Source: Bacteroidetes bacterium CG2_30_32_10
GTDB lineage: Bacteria; Bacteroidota; Bacteroidia; Bacteroidales; CG2-30-32-10
DNA: 38,236 bases
NCBI GenBank assembly: GCA_001872995.1
Contig: MNXO01000026.1
Location: forward strand, 1-38,236
Reading direction: 5' to 3'
The notes below the pieces were generated by a model. That model did no database searches, was not told the DNA's origin, and worked only from the letters and a program-made list of their open reading frames with translations. Position numbers and translations under genes: made by a program. Shown piece after piece: positions 32,580-38,236 of the stretch. Within the stretch, counting starts at the first letter, position 1. Every line of letters starts with the position of its first letter.

Positions 32580-33974
32580 ATGACATTAATTAAATCAATA
32601 TCAGGCATCAGAGGCACAATTGGTGGTAATGTTGGAGAAAGTCTGACTCCTATAGATGTCGTTCGTTTTACCGCTGCTTTTGTTTATTGGATTATGAAGC
32701 AAAACCAAAACAATCATGATAAGTTCAAAATTGTTATTGGTAGAGATGCCAGAATTTCGGGTAGTATGATTAATCAATTAGTAGCTGGAGCTATTCAAGG
32801 TGTTGGTGCTGATGTAATTGACATTGGCTTATCAACTACACCCACAGTTGAAATGGCAGTTATTGATTTGAATGCAGATGGTGGAATAATTATTACTGCC
32901 AGCCACAATCCTAAACAATGGAATGCTTTAAAGCTACTTAATAGTGATGGTGAGTTTATTTCAGCCTCTGATGGAACTGAAGTGATTGCTATAGCTGATA
33001 ATAATAACTTTATCTTTGCTGATATTGAAAACATCGGTTCATATAGTTTCGATGATACGCAGATTGAAAAGCATATAAATAAAATTATTAATTTACCTTT
33101 AGTTGATATTAGGGCAATTGAGAAAGCTAAATTTAAAATTAGTATCGATTGTGTTAATTCTACTGGAGGTATTGTGCTACCTAAATTATTAAAAAAATTA
33201 GGAGTATCACTTATCGAAGAATTATATTGCGAACCAAATGGAATTTTCTCTCATAATCCTGAGCCAATTCCAGAAAATCTTAATGATATTTCTAAATTAG
33301 TAGTTAAAACCAATTCTCATTGTGGTTTTGTTGTTGACCCTGATGTTGATAGATTAGCTATTATTTGCGAAAATGGAGATATGTTTGGAGAAGAATATAC
33401 TCTTGTTGCAATAGCTGATTATATTTTATCTAATAATACTGGTAATACTGTATCAAATCTTTCATCAACCAAAGCATTAAAAGATATAACTGAAAAATAT
33501 GATAGTACTCATTATGCAGCAGCTGTTGGAGAAGTAAATGTTGTTAAAACGATGAAAGATGTGAATGCTATCATTGGTGGTGAAGGGAATGGAGGAGTGA
33601 TTTATCCTGAATTACATTACGGACGAGATGCTTTAGTGGGTATTGCACTATTTTTAACGCATCTTGCCAAGTTTAATAAACCTTGCTCGGTCTTAAGAGC
33701 AACTTATCCTGATTATTTTATTTCTAAAAACAAAATAGAGCTTACACCTGATATAAATGTGAATAAAATTTTGCTCAGTATTGTTAAAAAATATGAAAAT
33801 CAACCTATTAGTCTTGTTGATGGTGTTAGAATTGACTTCAATAATGAATGGGTACACCTCAGAAAATCAAATACAGAGCCTATTATAAGAATTTATTCTG
33901 AAAGCGACACGATGCTTAAAGCTAAAAAGTTATCTGATATAATAATCAATGATATTAAGCAATTTATAAAATGA
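32580..33974 (+). CDS. glmM: phosphoglucosamine mutase (alpha-D-phosphohexomutase family, Bacteroidota type)
   Basis: 464 aa. N-terminus MTLIKSISGIRGTIGG, phosphoserine loop ITASHNP, metal loop VVDPDVDRLA and sugar loop GGEGNGG. Confidence 0.9.
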   Translation: MTLIKSISGIRGTIGGNVGESLTPIDVVRFTAAFVYWIMKQNQNNHDKFKIVIGRDARISGSMINQLVAGAIQGVGADVIDIGLSTTPTVEMAVIDLNADGGIIITASHNPKQWNALKLLNSDGEFISASDGTEVIAIADNNNFIFADIENIGSYSFDDTQIEKHINKIINLPLVDIRAIEKAKFKISIDCVNSTGGIVLPKLLKKLGVSLIEELYCEPNGIFSHNPEPIPENLNDISKLVVKTNSHCGFVVDPDVDRLAIICENGDMFGEEYTLVAIADYILSNNTGNTVSNLSSTKALKDITEKYDSTHYAAAVGEVNVVKTMKDVNAIIGGEGNGGVIYPELHYGRDALVGIALFLTHLAKFNKPCSVLRATYPDYFISKNKIELTPDINVNKILLSIVKKYENQPISLVDGVRIDFNNEWVHLRKSNTEPIIRIYSESDTMLKAKKLSDIIINDIKQFIK

Positions 33975-34231
33975 CATACAATTTTATCTCCGTTATTGGA
34001 ATTGTTGCCGCTTTTTGCACAACCATTGCTCAATTACCTCAAGTGATTAAAGTTCTTAAAACTCATCAAACACGCGATATTTCATTGTGGATGTATATTA
34101 TTATTAATATAGGAGTTATTTTATGGTTGATTTATGGGCTTTATATTTTTGACTTCCCTTTGATAATTGCCAATGCAGTAACATTTATTTTAACAATGAT
34201 TGTATTGATAATGAAAATTAAGCATGGTTAA
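33971..34231 (+). CDS. SemiSWEET / PQ-loop family small transporter
   Basis: 86 aa with three TM helices and a PQ motif in TM1 (FCTTIAQLPQVIKVLK). The start overlaps the glmM stop (ATGA at 33971..33974). Confidence 0.8.
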   Translation: MTYNFISVIGIVAAFCTTIAQLPQVIKVLKTHQTRDISLWMYIIINIGVILWLIYGLYIFDFPLIIANAVTFILTMIVLIMKIKHG

Positions 34232-34249
34232 TTTAAAACAATTTAATTT

Positions 34250-35371
34250 ATGAATATTTATTTTGATAACGCTGCTACTACTCCTATAGAAAATGAGGTT
34301 ATTGAGGTTATGCTTTCAGTAATGAAAGACAAATACGGAAATCCTTCATCAATACATCGTTTTGGCAGAGAAACAAAGGTATTAATAGAAGATGCTAGAA
34401 AAAAAATAGCAACTATTTTAAATGCATCTCCTTCAGAAATATTTTTTACTTCAGGTGGCACTGAATCTAACAATACCGTTATTTATGGAGCTATAAATGA
34501 TTTAGGTATTAAAAATATTATTACATCTCCAATTGAACATCATGCAATTACACATACTCTTGATATGTTTGAAAAAATTGGATTAGTAAAAGTTCATTTC
34601 GCTAAAATAAATGAAAAGGGGCAAATAGATTTGTTAAATCTTGAAGAATTAATAAAATCTAATCCAAATTCATTGGTAACATTAATGCATGCTAATAATG
34701 AAATTGGGAACTTACTACCTATCAATGACGTAAGCCGTTTATGCAGTAAATATAAAGTTTTATTCCATTCTGATATGGTACAAACTATAGGGAAATTCGA
34801 TATAAATTTGAATAATATTGAAGTAGATTTTGTATCTTCCTCTGCTCATAAATACCATGGTCCAAAAGGCATTGGATTTCTTTATATTAATGGAAAAAAT
34901 AAAATAAAACCTTTGATTTATGGTGGTGGGCAAGAAAGAAACATGAGAGCTGGTACAGAAAATATTTATGGCATCGCAGGAATGGCAAAAGCATTAGAAA
35001 TTGCCACTACAAATATGGTAGATATTCAAACTCACATTAAAAAATTGAAATTATATGCTGTTTCTCAACTTAAAGCAAATATTAAACATATTCAATTTAA
35101 TGGTGAATCTGAAAATAATGGACTATATACGATAATTAACTTTTCAGTACCTAAAACCAATAATTCAGAAATGCTGCTTTACAACTTAGATATTGAAGGT
35201 GTCGCAATTTCAAGTGGAAGTGCTTGTTCTTCTGGTAGTAATTCTGCTTCGCATGTTTTAAAAGCTATCAATATAAGCAATGAATTTACCTCACTCCGCA
35301 TATCTTTCTGTAAATATAGTACATTTGACGAAATTGATGTATTTATTAACCTATTAAAAAGACTTTTGTAA
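34250..35371 (+). CDS. cysteine desulfurase (NifS/IscS-like, class V aminotransferase)
   Basis: 373 aa. Has IYFDNAATTP and TSGGTESNN, the PLP lysine SSSAHKYHGPKGIGFLY and the catalytic Cys loop SSGSACSSGS. Confidence 0.92.
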   Translation: MNIYFDNAATTPIENEVIEVMLSVMKDKYGNPSSIHRFGRETKVLIEDARKKIATILNASPSEIFFTSGGTESNNTVIYGAINDLGIKNIITSPIEHHAITHTLDMFEKIGLVKVHFAKINEKGQIDLLNLEELIKSNPNSLVTLMHANNEIGNLLPINDVSRLCSKYKVLFHSDMVQTIGKFDINLNNIEVDFVSSSAHKYHGPKGIGFLYINGKNKIKPLIYGGGQERNMRAGTENIYGIAGMAKALEIATTNMVDIQTHIKKLKLYAVSQLKANIKHIQFNGESENNGLYTIINFSVPKTNNSEMLLYNLDIEGVAISSGSACSSGSNSASHVLKAINISNEFTSLRISFCKYSTFDEIDVFINLLKRLL

Positions 35372-35394
35372 ATATTAATTTAATTTTTCTACTA

Positions 35395-35610
35395 ATGGTA
35401 ACACGAAAGAAAATAAGGTATAAAAGAATTTCTTTTAAAATAACATCTAATCAAAAAGAGATTATTAGAACTTATTGTAAATCTAGAAAAACAACACCTA
35501 TAAAACTTTTTAAAAAAGCAGTAAAGTTCTATATGGAGAAAAATCAGGCAATGCCAAAACAAGATTATCATATTAGCAAGAACCAACTTAAACTATTTGA
35601 TTTAGATTGA
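35395..35610 (+). CDS. small basic protein, possible ribbon-helix-helix fold
   Basis: 71 aa in the same orientation as its flanking genes. It fills most of a 253-nt gap. The pattern is a beta-strand (RISFKITS), helix (NQKEIIRTYCKSRK) and helix (TPIKLFKKAVKFYMEKN). I saw no promoter or SD, and a mirror ORF exists on the other strand. Confidence 0.4.
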   Translation: MVTRKKIRYKRISFKITSNQKEIIRTYCKSRKTTPIKLFKKAVKFYMEKNQAMPKQDYHISKNQLKLFDLD

Positions 35611-35624
35611 ATAAAATTAATAAT

Positions 35625-36863
35625 ATGAAAGCAGAAATAATTACAATTGGCGATGAATTATTGATTGGTCAAGTTATTGACACAAATTCAGCTTGGATGG
35701 CTCAACAACTCAATTTATTAGGAATTGATGTTAAACAAATTACCTCTATTTCAGACGATAGAAGTCATATCTTAAATACATTAGTTGATGCAAGTTCAAG
35801 AGCTGATTTAATTATTATTACTGGTGGTCTAGGACCAACAAATGACGATATCACCAAGAAAACACTTTGCGAATATTTCAATACTAACTTAGTTTTTAAT
35901 GAGCTAATGTATTTGAATATTCAGTCATTATTCAAAAGTTTGGGATTACAAGTTACCGAAATCAATAAGGCTCAAGCGGAAATTCCTGAAAATTGTGAAC
36001 CAATTCTAAATAGTTGTGGTACTGCTCCAGGAATGTGGTTTGAGCAAAACGGTAAAGTATATGTTTCTATGCCTGGTGTGCCTTTTGAGATGAAGCAAAT
36101 GATGGAAAATAGCATTTTACCCAAATTAAAAATTAAATATCATTTAGAATTTGTTTGCCACAAAACTATTTTAACTCAAGGAATAGGAGAATCTTTTTTA
36201 TCAGAAATTATTGCTGGTTGGGAAAAAGAATTACCTACTTTTATCAAATTAGCTTATTTGCCTTCCCCCGGTATTGTTAGATTACGTTTGACCGCTAAGG
36301 GAATTGATGAAATGAAAATCAAGAACGAAATCAAGCGTCAAACTGAAGTTTTAAAACTTTTAATCCCTGATTATATTTATGGTTATGACCATGATAAATT
36401 AGAAGCTATTATTGGTAATTTGCTTAAAAACAATAAACAAACCCTTGCTACTGCAGAAAGTTGTACTGGTGGATATATAGCTCATCTTATTACTGGCATT
36501 CCTGGAAGTTCTTCTTATTATAAAGGTTCTTTGGTATGTTATGCCAATGAAATAAAATCCAAACTATTGCACATAGATGAAGAACGCATTATAAGGAATG
36601 GTGCAGTGAGCGAAGAAGTTGTTCAACAAATGGCACTTAATATTAAAAACCTATTTAATGTCGATTATGCAATTGCAACCTCTGGTATAGCTGGTCCTGA
36701 TGGCGGAACTGAAGTTAAGCCAGTTGGAACAACTTGGATTGCCATTGCTGATAAATCAGGAGTGTTTGCTAAAAAATTTACTTTTGGAGATAATAGAGAA
36801 CGAAATATTCAGAAAGCCTCAATAACTGCCTTAAATTTATTAAGAAAACGTATTATTGATTAA
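35625..36863 (+). CDS. cinA: CinA-family protein (MoCF-type N-domain plus nicotinamide-nucleotide amidohydrolase PncC C-domain)
   Basis: Starts MKAEIITIGDELLIGQVIDTNS at the ATG at 35625. The track start at 35607 is a TTG. Also has IITGGLGPTNDDITK and, in the C-domain, ATAESCTGG and IATSGIAGPDGG. Confidence 0.92.
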   Translation: MKAEIITIGDELLIGQVIDTNSAWMAQQLNLLGIDVKQITSISDDRSHILNTLVDASSRADLIIITGGLGPTNDDITKKTLCEYFNTNLVFNELMYLNIQSLFKSLGLQVTEINKAQAEIPENCEPILNSCGTAPGMWFEQNGKVYVSMPGVPFEMKQMMENSILPKLKIKYHLEFVCHKTILTQGIGESFLSEIIAGWEKELPTFIKLAYLPSPGIVRLRLTAKGIDEMKIKNEIKRQTEVLKLLIPDYIYGYDHDKLEAIIGNLLKNNKQTLATAESCTGGYIAHLITGIPGSSSYYKGSLVCYANEIKSKLLHIDEERIIRNGAVSEEVVQQMALNIKNLFNVDYAIATSGIAGPDGGTEVKPVGTTWIAIADKSGVFAKKFTFGDNRERNIQKASITALNLLRKRIID

Positions 36864-36933
36864 AATATGGTATTTTAATTTATTTATTTGTTTTTAGGAC
36901 ACAATTATATTATAATTTAGAGTGGGTTATAGG

Positions 36934-38142
36934 CTATAAGTTAAATAAATTTTGAAATTCATTAATAACCATTTTGTCAAGTTCTTGATAATAGTCTTTA
37001 ATGGTTTTTTCATTCATTCCATCCTTACGCCATCCTTCAATTTTGGTTTTAGTCTTTTTAAAAATAGTATCTTCCAAAGGCTTTAATTGTTGCATAATTC
37101 CTGTTTGTTCACCGTTATACAATACGTTTATGTTAAGATACCTATAACCATTCCCTCTATATATAGGAAAACATTTATTTTTTAATTCCAACGCTTTGTT
37201 GCACAATGGAGATTTATTATTCTTGTCAGCCAATAATAATATTGGTGCAGTTTTGCCTGCCACCCATACTGGCATTACTACTGAAGTAAGAGGCCATCCT
37301 ACAACTGCCCACATGGTCGTAAATTCTGGAGACTCTCCCTGTTTAACACCTTCTATTACAACTGAAGCTGCCGAACTATTTTGAGGAATAAAATCTTCAA
37401 ACATCACAAATTTGGGTTCTTCAGGATGATTTGTATATTCTTCTTTCAAATTAACGCCTGTTAGTCCATGTTTTAAGGAACGACTCATATTCTGAATGAT
37501 ATATTCTGGAGAAATATCGTTGATGGAAGAAGCATAATATAGCAAATCCTCCGCAGCAATATATCGAATATAGCCATAACCTTCATCTGGTTTGCCTGTA
37601 AATGAATAATTGGTGCGTATCACATACCCCATAGGTGCTATACGTGTATCATTTACATCAATTTTAACATAATCAAAGTTATTGGTTTCAAAATAAGCTG
37701 CACCTCCTTTGGCATCAATAACACCAAAATTTGCTTCTACACCCATTGGCTTTTTATGATTTTTTAGAAAGGTTTCAAATTCATCAATATTGGCGCATTC
37801 CATCAAGGCTTGTTTCATCAATTCGCCTTCCAAATCTTTAAGTGCGAATGTATCTGTTTTTAAATTATAAGAAGCAGCGTTCATAATGGCAAAGCCCGCA
37901 CTGTTGCAACCAACCCATATCGCATTTCCTTCAACATCCTTAGCATCCACTAAGCCAATATAGGCATATTTGCCGTCATTGAAATACATTATCTTATTAT
38001 TAATTTCATCCGAATCGCGATGTTTCCATAATAATGGTCGTCCATCTTTAGTGAATTTGCCAGAAATTATCGCAGTTGTACAAGCGAAAGTATCGTAACC
38101 AATAAGAAGGATGGCTAATGTAATAATTTTAAATAGTTTCAT
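36934..38142 (-). CDS. secreted N-terminal-nucleophile (Ntn) cysteine hydrolase, C45/C69-peptidase-like
   Basis: Signal peptide MKLFKIITLAILLIGYDTFA followed directly by CTTAIISGKFTKDGRPLLWKHRDS. This matches the Cys-nucleophile pattern of Ntn hydrolases. I prefer the start at Met19 of the track ORF (ATG 38140..38142). Confidence 0.8.
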   Translation of the reverse strand: MKLFKIITLAILLIGYDTFACTTAIISGKFTKDGRPLLWKHRDSDEINNKIMYFNDGKYAYIGLVDAKDVEGNAIWVGCNSAGFAIMNAASYNLKTDTFALKDLEGELMKQALMECANIDEFETFLKNHKKPMGVEANFGVIDAKGGAAYFETNNFDYVKIDVNDTRIAPMGYVIRTNYSFTGKPDEGYGYIRYIAAEDLLYYASSINDISPEYIIQNMSRSLKHGLTGVNLKEEYTNHPEEPKFVMFEDFIPQNSSAASVVIEGVKQGESPEFTTMWAVVGWPLTSVVMPVWVAGKTAPILLLADKNNKSPLCNKALELKNKCFPIYRGNGYRYLNINVLYNGEQTGIMQQLKPLEDTIFKKTKTKIEGWRKDGMNEKTIKDYYQELDKMVINEFQNLFNL

Positions 38143-38236
38143 TTTAATTAATTTAAATGGTAAAGGTAAAATTTTCTGATTATTTTTAAAAATCATTTTT
38201 ATTTGAATTTTTTAATAATATAAAATGCAGAAAATA

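Noticed and set aside
32795-34473. Minus-strand ORFs 32795..33034 and 34258..34473
   Set aside because: They are antisense shadows in glmM and the cysteine desulfurase gene.
35392-35586. 64-aa minus-strand ORF in the iscS-cinA gap
   Set aside because: It mirrors the plus-strand RHH-like ORF. Its product is Cys/Phe/Leu-rich without structure-like periodicity, and it is oriented against both neighbours. The plus-strand reading is more plausible, though still tentative.
35607-35624. TTG start at 35607 for cinA
   Set aside because: CinA proteins begin MK.EII.IGDELL, and the ATG at 35625 gives exactly this N-terminus.
37196-38196. 62-aa plus-strand ORF (37196..37384) and the longer start at 38196 for the Ntn hydrolase
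   Set aside because: The first is an antisense shadow. The longer start adds 18 residues before a canonical signal peptide that begins at the ATG at 38142.
1-38236. Search for rRNA, tRNA, tmRNA, CRISPR arrays, prophage or integrative-element borders, and classical defence genes
   Set aside because: No spacer other than 8950..9075 has the GC enrichment expected for structured RNAs in an AT-rich genome, and that one lacks tRNA features. I saw no regularly spaced direct repeats. Apart from the IS1595 transposase there are no integrase, restriction, Cas or abortive-infection hallmark proteins among the translations.

Overview
This is a 38.2-kb, visibly AT-rich (not computed), gene-dense chromosomal segment. 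Several signals point to a member of Bacteroidota: a fused SecDF, a PadR-PspC pair, GlmM starting MTLIKSISGIRG, TAnnTTTG -7 boxes 15-45 nt upstream of many starts, and almost no Shine-Dalgarno sequences. Citrate lyase and a methylmalonyl-CoA-type carboxyltransferase with a biotin carrier suggest an anaerobic fermenter. I support 34 protein-coding ORFs (one partial at the left edge, one small and tentative). I also support one intact IS1595-family insertion sequence with 28-bp imperfect terminal inverted repeats, three rho-independent terminators, several candidate promoters, and one GC-enriched cluster of short hairpins in an intergenic spacer. I saw no rRNA, tRNA, CRISPR array, prophage or recognisable defence-system hallmark genes. 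Most of the window is housekeeping: lgt, rsgA, dtd, rnz, sucD, secDF, uvrA, glmM, cinA and a cysteine desulfurase. The best candidates for something undescribed are four. (1) A minus-strand operon joining a ComA (phosphosulfolactate synthase) family gene to a citrate-lyase-type module. Its acyl-carrier and beta subunits are fused, it starts at TTG behind a canonical AAGGAGG, and no citC/citG/citX are nearby. (2) A NitT/TauT-type ABC importer whose membrane-anchored binding protein ends in an OmpA-like peptidoglycan-binding domain and whose permease carries an Ig-like periplasmic insert. (3) A co-directional trio of tandem-USP, HEAT-like repeat and uncharacterised polytopic membrane genes. (4) The hairpin/tandem-repeat cluster downstream of the PspC-domain gene. 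All functional ideas come from motif-level reading of the given translations and the DNA. No database search or computation was possible, so none of the four is established as a novel system.
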